Assembly (NCBI GenBank): GCA_977018835.1
Contig: OZ361256.1
Location: forward strand, 3,100,001-3,164,000
Length of the DNA: 64,000 nt
From: Minutocellus sp. GHC0000111
Lineage: Eukaryota
Direction of reading: 5' to 3'
Position 1 is the first letter of the stretch, and every line of letters starts with the position of its first letter. The notes below the pieces were generated by a model that searched no databases, had not been told where the DNA came from, and saw only the letters and a program-made list of their open reading frames with translations. Below are positions 1 to 12,328 of the stretch, in pieces. The translations under genes were made by a program, and so were the position numbers.

Positions 1-3000
1 CGCATATGCTGGAGGCCTCCTTTCGGCTCGATCGAATATATCTCGTCGAAAGGTTTCTTCAGGGCGTATGTAGCGTACTAGCCTCGTCCATGATAGTCTG
101 CTGAACACGTCGGTTTGCGGACAAGGCGGCGGCACCTTCCGCTCGCCGCAACCGAACGCGATGGCTATTGTCTTTGATTGGGCGTCGTATCATATGCCCA
201 CTGTTGTGCACGCTATCGAATACAATACCTTCGCCCGAGGCATGGTAGCCAGGTCTTCCATTGATTTCCTGACGAGGATGCTCTTGGCATGGAAGGAAAG
301 ATAATCGATCGGCTTCTGGCGACACAGCAATACCGGTACTAGCCGATTAGCCGTGGGACGTCAGGACCAAGCTGTCCGTTCCACGATGGTCACGGCCTCG
401 GCAGCTGATGAGTGAAACTCGGAGTGCACGATGCATAAACTTGCTATTTTGTAAGAACTCTTTCGTTCGCGGACGTGCGGTACTCCAAGTTTCCTCACTG
501 AGTGAGTTATCACTGAGCAAAAAGAGCGTTGCGCTGGTGGTATTGGCTCTGATTGATCATTGATCATGTGTAGATTTATCTGGCCCTTGTACATTTGAGC
601 AAGATTGCGCGGCGAATGATTTTGTGGTAGAATGTGGCCGTACCTTGACGTGTGGTGACTTCACATGCTCGACGCGCGTGTCGGATGTACGAATGCATCA
701 TGGAGTTCAAGACCTGATGCGGCCTGTGTCTCCGGATCTCATGTTGCAATTCTTTCGTACTGTGTACTATTCGGATGCAAAACTGGCTGCTGGCTCAGTA
801 GTATTGCTGGGATTGGCCGCAATAAATATTGGAATAGTATCGATGCCTATTCAATAAATACTAAGCATGCCAAGTTTCATGCATCCGGCTTTATTACCGT
901 ACTGACTTAGCAAGAAAGCGCTGTTCAGTACAACTTTCCCATACTTGCACCAGCAATGGGACCGTGCTGGTGACCTGCTACAATACAAATACCCGCCACG
1001 GATATTTGTTGCTGTAGAACTAGGATTTGTAGCCTACGCATTCATCCATCCACGGGCAATTTACCTTGCAATCAACTCATGCCCTTTAAATCCTGGATGG
1101 ATGCCTACGACCGTACCTGTAGTTGAAACTCTTCGGTTTTTACTGGCAGTAATGCTGGATTCGGTCAACACTCGTAAGTTCTGGGGGAGTTATCAAGCGA
1201 ATTTCCGGTGGCATATGTAGATAATTGGTAGAAATGCCCGCATCAGCATTGGGACCAAACCATAGCCGTGCTTCTACAGCATGGTTGCTAGCATAGACTA
1301 TCCAGCGCTTACGTGTAGATTTGGAATTTACATGTAGTAGATGTACCAGGCGCATAATGTAGCAAATTCAGGTGCAACGGTGGCTCTTTTTCAGAGACAA
1401 CGGCATGCCTGTAACACAGGTAGTAGTGTTGGATGGAGTCTATCATGTCCACGCTGCTACATAAATACACCTGCGCTCGTGTACGGAATGCACATTTCCT
1501 GTCTGTTGTGCCAGCAACAGATTTCGAGTCATGCATGTAGCGATGATGCATGCACGACTTATTTTAGCAGAATTGAAGGCTGCTACGGTCATGCATGCTT
1601 CATGGTAGATGTCTCTGGTACATGTGCGTAGATTCGAAGTCATGGGTAGGTGTGCCAGTCTACTTACGGTCATGTGTGTTCGTCGGCACATGCACAGTAG
1701 ATGCGCCAATAACAATGGTTTGGATCACATGCCGCCTATTCAGAAGCGGACTGTGCTCTCGCTTCTTGATCGCTTTGATGCATAAGGCACCTCCCTCGTC
1801 GTACAGTGTACTTGCACATGCCGACTGAGGCATGCATGCGCACACTCCGTGCGAAGACGTAGCACTATGTTGACGGATTCGGCTTTCGGTGTTTTGCCTA
1901 CTTTCCATCCTTCCCGTGCGCTCGTGCTTCTGCACCTCTCTCGAGGCACGATGCCTGTCGCTCGTCGATGACGGCCGTTGGAAATTATGAGAATGCAAGA
2001 ACGTGCGCGTGAGATCATCTTTGTTGCCGTCGCTGCAGTCGACGGAATCTCACATTCCTGGTCGCTGGTCCATCGGGCTCAGCATGAGATAGTCAACCCC
2101 ATCATTTCGGCGCCTCCTCGCCATCAGTATGCGATCAATCGCAATTGCGCGGAGGAAAGATTGCCAAAATGCAGTTGCAATGCTGAGCTTGCGGCCCGCC
2201 TCAGGAAGCTGATCTACCAACGACAGCGTCCTTTCAATCGGTGGTCCATTTGGAAGGTTGGATAATTCGGTGGTTGCAATCGAGCTGTATTTCTCTTTGC
2301 GTCGCGACTGGCAAAGAGAGCTCGATGAGCTTCATCAACCAATGGTCATAATACCATAGTAGATGTATTAATACAGTGCACTATGCTGAAGTCTTGAGTC
2401 CTCTCAATAAAGGAACCGACTCATATTATTAACCAAGGTATCAAAAACTTGGATTGTTACTTCGTCTTCATTTATTCATCTATCTGATGTGATAAAAGTT
2501 CAATTGTAGAAATTGTGAGCTCTCGCTCTTCTCCTGGTTGCTGTGTCGCTTGCTTTACTGCCTTCATTCGGGTTTCATTCGTCCTTCATTCGTGCACGAG
2601 CCAACTCCAACTAGTCTCCCGCTCCGCACGAGTCAGCCACGACTGTCATTCTCTAGTATCTCCTGCGCGGCCAGTGCCGTTTCGGCATCGGATCACAAGG
2701 GCACGAATCACAAGGGATTCTTCTCGCTTCTCCTTGTGGCCCTTGTTCCGGGTGTCCTTTTTGATCAGTCATTGTCCTTCGGTCACTCGACAGCAACTTC
2801 CTTAGCATTCGGAACAGAGCCTCATTGCATCAATCTTGAATCTCTATCTTAAGACATAACCATGGAAGCACCTGTGTGTAAATAGATTGGTAAAAGAAAT
2901 AGAAAGAATAGAAGAAAGGGCTACAGCGAAGCTGCTAGCAGCCTGGTGAAGTGCATGAGTCGGACCTAAGGGTGTCCTTTGAAATCACATGCCTCTTCAA

Positions 3001-3722
3001 ATGCACGTGTGCCGGGTGTCAGACACACACTGCTGCTGCTGCTGCTGGCACTAGATCTCTGTCTAGCTAGATCTACATCCATGCATGGAGACCGGGGCAA
3101 GCCATAGCAGTCATGGTAGTAATATCAATGATAATTAGTCAAGGTTCGCATGTCTGCGAGCTGATTGCTCTCAGCAAGAGTGCTGGGCTTCTAGCTTGCC
3201 GCCTGCTCAGTCACGAGCATGTAGGCGCGGGGGGCTAACAAGCCCTACAGATGCCACCTCAAACACCAATCTATTGCACGTCCTTTTTCCTGTCCCGCGC
3301 GGCATAGATTTCCTTGGACCAAAACTCCGATCAAACATTCATTTCTGCCGCGCTCGTTCCTGCTCCCGAGAGATTCTCCGAGCCCTCTTGGTCCCCCGGT
3401 GGGTTCGTCGGTGAGGTTTCTTGGCTAGCAGCAGTGGTGGCAGTTTAATTTTATTGTGCTAAATTTCTAGCTTGAGACACACAGGTAACCCGGATTTTAG
3501 CCCGTCAACCCCCGGCCGCCAATCAGCGATGATGGAGAGAAAAACATTGGGGAAGATGGGATGTGAGCCGGACAGAGCGGCAGAGACGTGCAGTGCGACG
3601 TGTGCAGCAGCAGCACATGCAGCACAGAACACGACGAAGAAGACAACGTGCGCGATGCGAAAACGATCGTTGCTCACCGTTCAGGGCATCCGTTCAAAAA
3701 GGACAAAAAGGTTGTTGCGCAA

Positions 3723-3948
3723 CTAGCTCTTTCGGGCTCGTTTCGCCGCAGGAGCTCCTGGGTGCTCTCGGGGAAACTCTTCCTCCTCCTCTTCGTCACT
3801 GTCTCCTGTGTTTCGCATCCAGGCACTCTCGCCTCCAGCACGACGGCACAGCTCCGCGAGTCTCGGTCGGTCGCAATTGCACTCTCGTAGTCACACTGTC
3901 CGAGTCACTTGATGATGAAGAGTCGTCGGAAGAAGAAACGGAAGACAT
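3723..3948 (-). other. Possible small Ser/acidic protein with a basic NLS-like tail (one frameshift required), or a relic
   Basis: ATG at 3948 reads MSSVSSSDDSSSSSDSDS...; another frame reads GDSDEEEEEFPREHPGAPAAKRARKS* to the stop at 3723. It is divergent from the 4379 gene. No family recognised. Confidence 0.2.
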
Positions 3949-4378
3949 GGAAATTTGGCTTCGGGTTAGTAGGTGCTCTGGAGGTTTTGGGGGTGAGAAG
4001 GGGGCATCAACAAGGAAAAAAAATCCTGTAGCAAGGTGTGTGGATAAATGATATTGAGACTGTATGTTTTTAATGTTCTTTTGAGGTTTCTCGGCGATTG
4101 ATGATGTTGTTTCAGATTTCTTCAGCCATGAAAAAAAAATAACCAAGAAACCTCACCAACACTCCTTGTAAAACCGCCCTCTTGTGGCCTATCTATGCTC
4201 CCGTTTTTTTCCGCGGTTCCCTATTCATTCCAGGCCTTTTCAAATGAGACTCACTCGACCGTCATGCACGAAGGGCCTTTTTCGCAGGCACTATTAGTTT
4301 GTTTTCCATCAGTTCTAGCTAGTGCCTTTCACAAGCAAGCTCTCGTTTTTTGCATTCATTCAAACCATAGCAAGCACC

Positions 4379-7300
4379 ATGAGAACTCGGAGGTCGGCCT
4401 CCCCAGCAGCGGCCGCCAGCATCCCCTCCCTCCCGTCGTCATCGTCGAGGCCGTCGGCCAGGAGTAGCAGCGGCAGCAGCACCGCCAAAACTAGGCGGAC
4501 CAGCTCCAGGTCCTCTGCGCCCTCGCCGGGGGTAACGGTGAAAAATGACGGCGGCTCCACCAGGAGGCTGCGGCTGGAGGACGAGGATACATCTACTTCC
4601 ACTGCTACGAGTGCCTTCACGGGCAGTCCCCGCCCGTCACGAGGGACCAAAATATCGGCTGGCAAGGCAAAGGCGCAGCGCAGTGCCGGTGAGTCGAGGA
4701 GTCGGCAGGCCACCAAAAGCAGCACCAGCCAACGGCGTCCTCCGGTGGCACCAGCGCCGGGGGTATCTACCTCCTCGCAAAATCCAACCGACCTGCACAA
4801 GGCCACCAGCACCAGCACCAGTTCCAATGCCAGTAGTGCAACATGCAAAAGGTCCCAAAAGGCCACCCCAACGGGCGCCGCTATCGCTAGCAGGCAGAAG
4901 CAGCAGAGGACCACCCCCACACCCTTGCTCAAAGTTTCGGCCAAGGAGAACATCGACGATGCAGCAGCAGCACCTGATGATGTACATGGAGCACACGCCG
5001 AAGGAGCGCAGAAGGCAGGCGTAAGTTTTTCCAACCAAAATGCGGGTGGAGATGTCACTGCTACCGTCGCCACTGATGGATCAGCTACTGGCGGTAATGG
5101 GGAGGTAGATGGAGCTACTGGTAGCACAAGTACGAGTAGTAAGGGTTCAGATTCAGATGATGCTCCCGACGCTACTACAAAAGATACCGACAAGGAGCCA
5201 GAGCAGTCCGAAGCCATGAGTGCAAACAGCAACAATGTCGCCACCACTTCCGCCGCTACCGCAACTGCTGATACCGACTGCACCAGTCCGACAAAAGTCA
5301 AGACTTCCACTACCGGTACCAACAGCATAGGGAATCGGGGGGGACTGCCTCCCAAGCCAGTGAGCAGTGGTACCGTGAGTACGACTGCCGGTGCTACCAA
5401 AAGCAGTGGTGCTACTGCCAGCAAGAGGAAGGCGGTGCCGTCGAAATCTGCTGGAGGGGGCAAGCCTCCGACTCCTAGGTCGGCCAGTATTAGCAGCAGC
5501 GGTGGCAGGACGAAGCCTACTTCTACCAGTACCGGTATGCCTACCGCGAGTAGATCTACTGCGCCAGGTGCAGGTGCAAGGAGCAGTGCAGTTCGGAATG
5601 GCAAACCTCCGACTCCGCGCAGCAGGAGCATCGCTGGTAGTACCTCCGCAGGAGATGACGACGAAAGCACCGCTGGTGCTGCCGTCGCCGCTACTGGTGC
5701 TACTAGTACCAAACGAACAACATTTCTCTCGGGGTATAATCTGGACTGTACCAAGACCAGCTCGCTGCTCGATCTGCCGGACCCACCGACGCCCGAGGAT
5801 GATGATGACGATGGGAACGGAAGCAGCCTGCAAGACAGGAAGGCCAAGAGGAGGAGGCGGATGAGCACCGGTGCCGCAGCCTTTGGGAGTAGGCGCAACA
5901 TCGGTACTCCTGGCGGGGGCAACGGAATGGGTACCGGCGATGATGCCAACCTTGGCAATTCTTCTTCTGGTAGAGGTGATGGCGTAACGGTGGGTGCGGC
6001 CGCGCCACGTAGCATTGTTTTTGATGATCTATCGACCAAAGCACGAAGGGACAGTGGAAAGGGCCAGCGACGGAAGGTCCGGAACAGTTTGTGCCATGTG
6101 CCCTCCCCTGCCGAGACTTCATCTATGCGAAGCTCTACAGTTGCCGGTAATAGTACTGTTAATGACGATGCTGACTTCAATAGTCAAAACAAAAAGCCAG
6201 CGCATTCAACAAGTACCGACGCTGACACGAATCAAGATGTTGATGACAAACCAACCCCTGTGGAAAAAGGAGGTATATGCTTTGATGACGACGACGATGA
6301 TGACGACGATGATAATGATGCTACCGGCGATGATAGTATGACAAAGAAGCGTCGCAAGAAGCAGCAGCAGAGAAGTAGCAGATCCAAGAAACGACAGAGC
6401 GTGTTCTTGCCCAGCGATTTAATGCATCTTTCATCGGCGTCTGGAAGGCAATCCGGTGTTGGTGCCAGCATTGAGGGCAATGATGCCAATGAATTCTATT
6501 CGGACCTACTAAGCTACAAGGCATCTGCCACGTCCACCGCTTCAGCAGATTCCAGCATGTCACTCTGCTCGAACGCCTCTATTGGAGGCAATGTTGATGC
6601 GAACGATGGTAAAGTTACTGCCGCTGAGCAGGCATCGGCACTATGTGAAGATCCGAACACGTCCAACCTTCTTCTCCAAGCTGTGCGAGAGATCTGCTCG
6701 CTGCCTGAATCGAAGCGATACGACTCTGATCAGGCTGGTGTCGTCGAACTTTTGGGTGGTTATCCCTATATCCCTCCTGCTGAAAAGGAGCGGATGAAAC
6801 TAAGCAAGAGTACATGTAGAAATGAAGATGCCAAGAAAATGACAGCTGGCGAGAAGGGAGACGGAAATGATTTGAATTGGACCTTCAGTCCGAGCACGCC
6901 GGGTCCCAGGCCAGCTGATGACCCCCCGATGTCACCTGTCGACCCCATCGCTGCTACTCTGGAGAAACGAAGGGAGCTCATCCTTACACTCGGGCCAGTG
7001 GTAGAACGAATGGAGGCCAAGAGGAAGGAAGACACCGAAGCGGCCAGACAGGCGACTGGTTGTCGTGTCAGCCGAACAAAAAAGGGTCGGTACAAATACT
7101 ATGATTTGGACACCGGAAACGAAGTTTCTCCTGAGGAGTACAAAAGAAGATACTTTGCAATGATTAGTGGAAATCATGGAGGAGATCAAGATCAAAGTTC
7201 TGATCCTGCTCCTTCACCAGAGGCCCAGGCAGAGATGGAAGAAGAGAATGCCACCGTGGCGAAAGAGACTGACGCAGGCGACAGCAGAGACTTGCAAGAC

Positions 7301-7771
7301 GAAGGCCCGGATCAAGAAAGTAGCACAAACGATATGTCGATTGATGAAGACGGAGATGATATGGACATCTCGTTGATGTCTATGCAAGACGTCGAGGATG
7401 TTGTTTCGAAGGATGCCATTGCAGAAGAGGCTAGTAACGAAGCATCAAATGAGAATGACTCTTTAAATTTCGAGCCAAATGCATCTTCAACAGAAATGCG
7501 TGGGGGTGACGAGGTTGAGGCCGAGGAGGAGAAGGTTGCATCGCCTGCGCCTGGCAAGCCCAATCAACCATCATCTTCGTCATCAGCTGACTTTATCCTC
7601 CCTCTGCCAGACCGCGACGATCCTGATACCGACCCGCAAATAGCAGCTGCTGAGCGGAGGTTGTGGTCAGATATCGATGCCGCTTTGGCACGATATTCGA
7701 GAGACGTCATTTCGATTCGGGCCGCCAGAAAGATGGGGTTCACTCTGTCTCAAACGGCTGAGAGTCCATAA
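4379..7771 (+). CDS. Large low-complexity, likely disordered Ser/Thr/Ala/Asp-rich protein (~1130 aa) with basic NLS-like clusters; function unknown
   Basis: Uninterrupted ORF from ATG 4379 (MRTRRSASP) to TAA 7771. Basic clusters RKAKRRRR and KKRRKK. Short ordered-looking blocks near the C-terminus (ATGCRVSRTKKGRYKYYDLDTG..SPEEYKRRY; AERRLWSDIDAALARYS). Confidence 0.8.
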   Translation: MRTRRSASPAAAASIPSLPSSSSRPSARSSSGSSTAKTRRTSSRSSAPSPGVTVKNDGGSTRRLRLEDEDTSTSTATSAFTGSPRPSRGTKISAGKAKAQRSAGESRSRQATKSSTSQRRPPVAPAPGVSTSSQNPTDLHKATSTSTSSNASSATCKRSQKATPTGAAIASRQKQQRTTPTPLLKVSAKENIDDAAAAPDDVHGAHAEGAQKAGVSFSNQNAGGDVTATVATDGSATGGNGEVDGATGSTSTSSKGSDSDDAPDATTKDTDKEPEQSEAMSANSNNVATTSAATATADTDCTSPTKVKTSTTGTNSIGNRGGLPPKPVSSGTVSTTAGATKSSGATASKRKAVPSKSAGGGKPPTPRSASISSSGGRTKPTSTSTGMPTASRSTAPGAGARSSAVRNGKPPTPRSRSIAGSTSAGDDDESTAGAAVAATGATSTKRTTFLSGYNLDCTKTSSLLDLPDPPTPEDDDDDGNGSSLQDRKAKRRRRMSTGAAAFGSRRNIGTPGGGNGMGTGDDANLGNSSSGRGDGVTVGAAAPRSIVFDDLSTKARRDSGKGQRRKVRNSLCHVPSPAETSSMRSSTVAGNSTVNDDADFNSQNKKPAHSTSTDADTNQDVDDKPTPVEKGGICFDDDDDDDDDDNDATGDDSMTKKRRKKQQQRSSRSKKRQSVFLPSDLMHLSSASGRQSGVGASIEGNDANEFYSDLLSYKASATSTASADSSMSLCSNASIGGNVDANDGKVTAAEQASALCEDPNTSNLLLQAVREICSLPESKRYDSDQAGVVELLGGYPYIPPAEKERMKLSKSTCRNEDAKKMTAGEKGDGNDLNWTFSPSTPGPRPADDPPMSPVDPIAATLEKRRELILTLGPVVERMEAKRKEDTEAARQATGCRVSRTKKGRYKYYDLDTGNEVSPEEYKRRYFAMISGNHGGDQDQSSDPAPSPEAQAEMEEENATVAKETDAGDSRDLQDEGPDQESSTNDMSIDEDGDDMDISLMSMQDVEDVVSKDAIAEEASNEASNENDSLNFEPNASSTEMRGGDEVEAEEEKVASPAPGKPNQPSSSSSADFILPLPDRDDPDTDPQIAAAERRLWSDIDAALARYSRDVISIRAARKMGFTLSQTAESP

Positions 7772-8297
7772 AGGCGGCGGCGGGAAATCTGCCTAGCTAG
7801 TAGTAGAGCGCCTTGCAGGTCTGTCTCTTTTTAACAAAGTATTATAAAAGTTCCATGGGATACATTGTACATTATAATATGCAATTATTTTTAAGCGAAA
7901 TCTACCGGCAATGCTTTCTACCGCACTGAAAGCCACGCGTAACAACAGAGAAAGGAGAAGAAAACGCGAAAGTGAGAAGCAAGTTGAAATTATCATAGGA
8001 ACCCTACCAGCGTTTCGCGTCACCATCACGGCAAACCGCACCAAATTTCGTTCAGAGACAGGGTACTAAACCTGTGTAGATCAATCTTTTTCTTATTCAC
8101 GGAATTTTCAGAGAGATTCCCATTGATTGAATTCAATCCTCATTACATTTTGGTGTGGTTGGACAGCTAGAGCTCACGAATATACGTATCCAATGTCAGT
8201 ATCACTCACCAACAATTCCAAACTTCTTTTGTCAACATCCATCTCGCGCCATGTAGGAATCTTCACCAGCCCCTCTTTTTGTCTCTAGCTAGCTAGA

Positions 8298-9007
8298 CTA
8301 AAGTTGTTCAGGACGAGGTCCACCAAAAAAGTGATGATCGCACAAGGCCAATATGCTATCCTTGCGGATGGCACCCTCGATCCGATCCTTCAGCACAGCC
8401 TTGGCCTCCTCGGTCGAACCCTCCTCAGGCTCGAACTTGTCCAAGAACAGCAGCGTCGGCAATCCCATAATGTTGAGCCGGGCGGCCATCTCGGGTTCCT
8501 GATCGGTATCGATCTTGACGAACCGAACCTTACCCTTGAGCTCCTTGGCGGCTGCCTCAAATTCTGGCGCCATGAGCAGACAGGGCCCGCACCTAGAGTT
8601 TTGAATGGAAAGAATACGATCGTAGAGGAACGAATTAGCCAAGCCGAAATCGTGCGCGTTTGGATTAGCTCAAAACAAGATACTGACGCTGGCGCAGCAG
8701 ACCAAACTCACCACGTGGCGTAGGCATCCACGACCAGGGGCTCGTCCCACTCGGTGAGCATGACCTCCAGCTCGGCTCCGCTCACGAGCGGTGCCGCCTT
8801 GACCTCCTGCTTGGCATCGGTATCTCCTCCGTCGGCTGTTTCTTGGAGTGCGGTGGAGGAGGTGGAAGGGAGCTGGTGTATTCTATGCGCAGGGATGGAT
8901 AGTGAGGCAGAGGAAGAGGGAGACACAACTGGGGAGAACGCCGTGGCAGTTGTTACCGCCGCAAGTGCAGCGGCGGCCGAGCAGAGGACGGCAGTAGTGG
9001 TCTTCAT
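8298..9007 (-). CDS. Plastid-targeted thioredoxin (Trx-z/CITRX-like), 2 exons: 9007-8712 and 8592-8298
   Basis: Splicing the GTGAG...CTAG intron (8711-8593) rebuilds the active site VVDAYATW-CGPC, followed by VKIDTD and GLPTLLF. The N-terminus is a signal peptide ending ATA-FSP (ASAFAP-type bipartite plastid presequence). Confidence 0.9.
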
Positions 9008-9389
9008 GGTGCATGTGTGCGCAGAACAAGGCGGAGGGGCGCGCAGCAGATGCTCATAATCAGGATATGAGCTCAATTAATGGATCCGCCTCACGGCAAA
9101 GAGTGACATGCGCCGCCGTGTGTGACCACGACGCCATGTTCGATTGTTGATGATGGCGTAGCGAATGGCGCGGAATGCCAAAATGCGAGCGGAGAGGAGG
9201 AGGGAATGAGTAATGTTGCAATGTAGCGGGTGAATGGTGATCGGCAGAGAAATTATATTTCAAGAATGAGCTTGACTTTGAGTTTGAAATCAATCAACAC
9301 CGCAAAAAGATTCCTTGGATCTTTCGGAGCCTTGCCATTTGACGAGCCCCTTCCTCCTCCACCACCTGCTGCGCTGCCAACTGCCCACC

Positions 9390-10376
9390 ATGAAGAAGCA
9401 AAAGATGGCCCACCACGTCGAAACCGGATCGTGCTTCGACGCGACCAACACGTCGGGGATCACCATCAAGGACCGGCCGGGAGGACACGGCGCCCAACCC
9501 GTCAAGCCCGTCGACGTGCGGGCCTTCTCGTTCGATCGGGTGACGGAGCGCCGCACTCCCTCCACCTTCCTCAAGAAAGGGACCGGCACGGGTGGGAAGA
9601 TTGCCAGCCCTCCCAAGGACGATCCTCCACCCATATTTCCCGACGAGAATGTCACCCCCAAGAAGCATGGGGGCAGAGAAGGTGGAGTTGGTGGTGGTAT
9701 GATGGATGGAAGTACCTGTGCTACCGGCGATGATGTCAGTGCTACCACCGCCGCCACCACCTCTCGGCAGATTGAATTCTCGGCATTCGTCGAACGGCCC
9801 AACCCGCCCAACACCGAGTTTCGCAGATTCTACGAACGTGGCGACCTGCCCGTCCAGATCGACCATGGAGGCGTCCACAACCGCATCGCATGGAAGCTGG
9901 GGATCGAACGCCTCGACTTTCACCACTACCTCCCCATATTCTTCGACGGACTACGGGAGGTGGAGGAACCGTACGCCTTTTTGGCAGAGCGGGGCATCTA
10001 CGACATGATGCAAGTGGGCAAGGGACGGCGGGTGCTGCCGGTGCTGCCCCAGCTCATCATCCCCATCAAGACGGCTCTCAATACACGAAACCGCGAAGTC
10101 ATCGTGAAGACTCTCAAGGTACTGCAGGCCCTGGTCCGATGTGACAATGGACAGAACGATGTCGGGAAGGCACTCGTGCCGTATTATCGCCAGGTGTTGC
10201 CTATCCTGAATTTGTGCATTCGATCTCCCATTGTCCAGAATGAGATTGGCGGCAGTCCCTCGTTGGGGGCCATGGTCCAGGAAACGTTGGAAACCATGGA
10301 GCGACATGGCGGCTCACATGCCTTTATCAACATCAAGTATCTGGTTCCTACGTACGAGAGCGTGATGTTCCGGTAG
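9390..10376 (+). CDS. PACRG: Parkin co-regulated protein (axonemal inner-junction protein)
   Basis: [59 protein letters not shown] and [14 protein letters not shown] are hallmark PACRG motifs. ATG at 9390. Confidence 0.92.
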   Translation: MKKQKMAHHVETGSCFDATNTSGITIKDRPGGHGAQPVKPVDVRAFSFDRVTERRTPSTFLKKGTGTGGKIASPPKDDPPPIFPDENVTPKKHGGREGGVGGGMMDGSTCATGDDVSATTAATTSRQIEFSAFVERPNPPNTEFRRFYERGDLPVQIDHGGVHNRIAWKLGIERLDFHHYLPIFFDGLREVEEPYAFLAERGIYDMMQVGKGRRVLPVLPQLIIPIKTALNTRNREVIVKTLKVLQALVRCDNGQNDVGKALVPYYRQVLPILNLCIRSPIVQNEIGGSPSLGAMVQETLETMERHGGSHAFINIKYLVPTYESVMFR

Positions 10377-10510
10377 CGAGCATGTTCCTGGCGTCTCCGC
10401 TCGTGCGATCGTAAAATTATTTGTCGATATATACATCATTGTGGGCTCAAAATGTATTATCACAAAGCTTCTCTAATTTTACTGTACACACCGCCTATTA
10501 GTTCCCCGAC

Positions 10511-11920
10511 TCACTGTGCTGCATTTGCACCAGCGTCGGCGTCAGTACCAGCACCAGCACCGAGATGTCGCTTCACTTCCACAGAAGCCGGAGCACTGCT
10601 CTCCAAGGCACTCAACAACGCACCCTGCTCCACAAATAACTCTCTCGCATACTCGTACAAAATCAAGTCCAACACACTCTTCCTGGCAAAGTTGTCATAA
10701 TCTCTGGAATTTCGGTCGACCAATATGGGATGTTCGTGTCGGTTACTGCCCCCATTGGCCAGCAGCTGTTCCTGACATCTCTCGGCCAAGGGACCATAGG
10801 AGCCATCTGGTCCGTCCCAGTGAAAGAAATGTCGAAATCGAGCCAAGCTGGTCTCCATCTCATCCAGAAGCCCAACCAAACACTTGTTCCGAAGAGTTCG
10901 TTTGGCTTCTTCGAGATCATCTGCACTCAGAGGTCCCTCCATTTTGTTGCTTAGCGATCGTACCATGATGTTGCTCTCCACCAAACCCGAGGCGGCATAC
11001 TGCGACAGCGTCATATTCGCCAGCCGAGCATCGTAGGTGGGCTCATGAGTCGCAGTCTGCAAGTAGTAGAATAGACTGACCAGCCGATCAATGGGATGAC
11101 GAAAGAGGGCAAACATTCGTCCTCGATGTGATCGCGAGAGGATGTTGGCGGCCACGTCGTGCAGCAGAGGCGATACGAGGACATCGGCCAGACCACTTTG
11201 CGCCAGATGGAGCGACGCCGCTCGTTGGATGCCACCCTCGGTCGTTACGTCGACATTGATGTGTCGGCCCATGTAGTCATTGTTGATCTTGCCCCTTGCC
11301 TCGACCACGCGCAGCTCTGAATCTCCCTGCCCGACAAGATTGGCACCGATCTCACTCGCCAAGGTCAAGCCGTAGCATGTACCAACCAATTCTTTTATGG
11401 TCGTGCCGCCAGATTTGGCCACATGCCAGTAAAGTGGCAGATCAGTCCGCGTCCCACCATCATTAGGCAAAAGGGGCTCCGTCAGGTCGGCCAGATGATT
11501 GTCCAGAACAAGATCTCTACGAGCTCTTCTCGATTGTCTTAGGGAGCTGCTGATGCTGCTACTGCTGGATGACTCCGATGCATCGCCAGTGACGCCATTT
11601 CCCGAGGTAGCTTTCGAGGACCTACTCCGAGAGGGTGCCACGCCATGGTACATGTAGCACAATACTGCCAGGGGCATTAGAACCAAAAGACCGCCAAAGA
11701 CGGTCCGCCGGGTGCGTCGTGCCTTGATTTCTGTGGCGCCATTGATCGGGTCATTGCCCGATTTTTGGCCAACACCACCAGCACATGCTCGAATGATCTT
11801 GGCCGTCGTCGACCCATCGATGGTAGTAGAGCTCTTGCGCAGCTGTGCCGGTCGGGCGAGGCGCTGTTCGAGCTTGGGAGGAGTGAGCGGGTCCAGCGGT
11901 GACCGGGAGGTGCCGCTCAT
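10511..11920 (-). CDS. Type II membrane sulfotransferase-family protein
   Basis: One TM segment (VFGGLLVLMPLAVLCYMY), PAPS 5'-binding-like YWHVAKSGGTT, 3'-binding-like FRHPIDRLVSLFYY, and C-terminal LDLILYEYARELF. Confidence 0.85.
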   Translation of the reverse strand: MSGTSRSPLDPLTPPKLEQRLARPAQLRKSSTTIDGSTTAKIIRACAGGVGQKSGNDPINGATEIKARRTRRTVFGGLLVLMPLAVLCYMYHGVAPSRSRSSKATSGNGVTGDASESSSSSSISSSLRQSRRARRDLVLDNHLADLTEPLLPNDGGTRTDLPLYWHVAKSGGTTIKELVGTCYGLTLASEIGANLVGQGDSELRVVEARGKINNDYMGRHINVDVTTEGGIQRAASLHLAQSGLADVLVSPLLHDVAANILSRSHRGRMFALFRHPIDRLVSLFYYLQTATHEPTYDARLANMTLSQYAASGLVESNIMVRSLSNKMEGPLSADDLEEAKRTLRNKCLVGLLDEMETSLARFRHFFHWDGPDGSYGPLAERCQEQLLANGGSNRHEHPILVDRNSRDYDNFARKSVLDLILYEYARELFVEQGALLSALESSAPASVEVKRHLGAGAGTDADAGANAAQ

Positions 11921-12328
11921 TATTTTGGTTTGCTTGACTGGCGCCCTACGCTACTTTGCTTCTTTTCGATGTTCCTACTTTCGAATGTTTCTATCTCGCT
12001 TGATGTAGGGAATAGAGTAAGGTTTTCAAGGCGTGGGCAGAGAAGAAGGGCTCGAGATGTGGATCTATTCAGAAATTATTGGGCGCTGGACACTATTGCT
12101 ATTGCAGTCTTCTCCACTACATGTACTGCAGGGGCTGGTACTTTTTGCCGTCGCTGCAGTCAAATCCGCCATCCGCCATGTGACCGCCAAGTGCCAGTTT
12201 GGATTTTTGAATGACCCTTTCGGTCTGATGGTTGATGACGACTTTTGGAAACTTTGCTCACCACTCCGTCGCTCCGCCCCCGCCCGCCCGCCTGACTTAT
12301 TATCGAATATCGTTTCGACGTTCCAACA

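Noticed and set aside
1..3400. Short ORFs as genes or an intact transposon
   Set aside because: No transposase, reverse-transcriptase or integrase motifs, and no terminal repeats recognised.
4360..6180. 606-aa minus-strand ORF
   Set aside because: Antisense shadow of the low-complexity 4379-7771 gene, with no motifs of its own.
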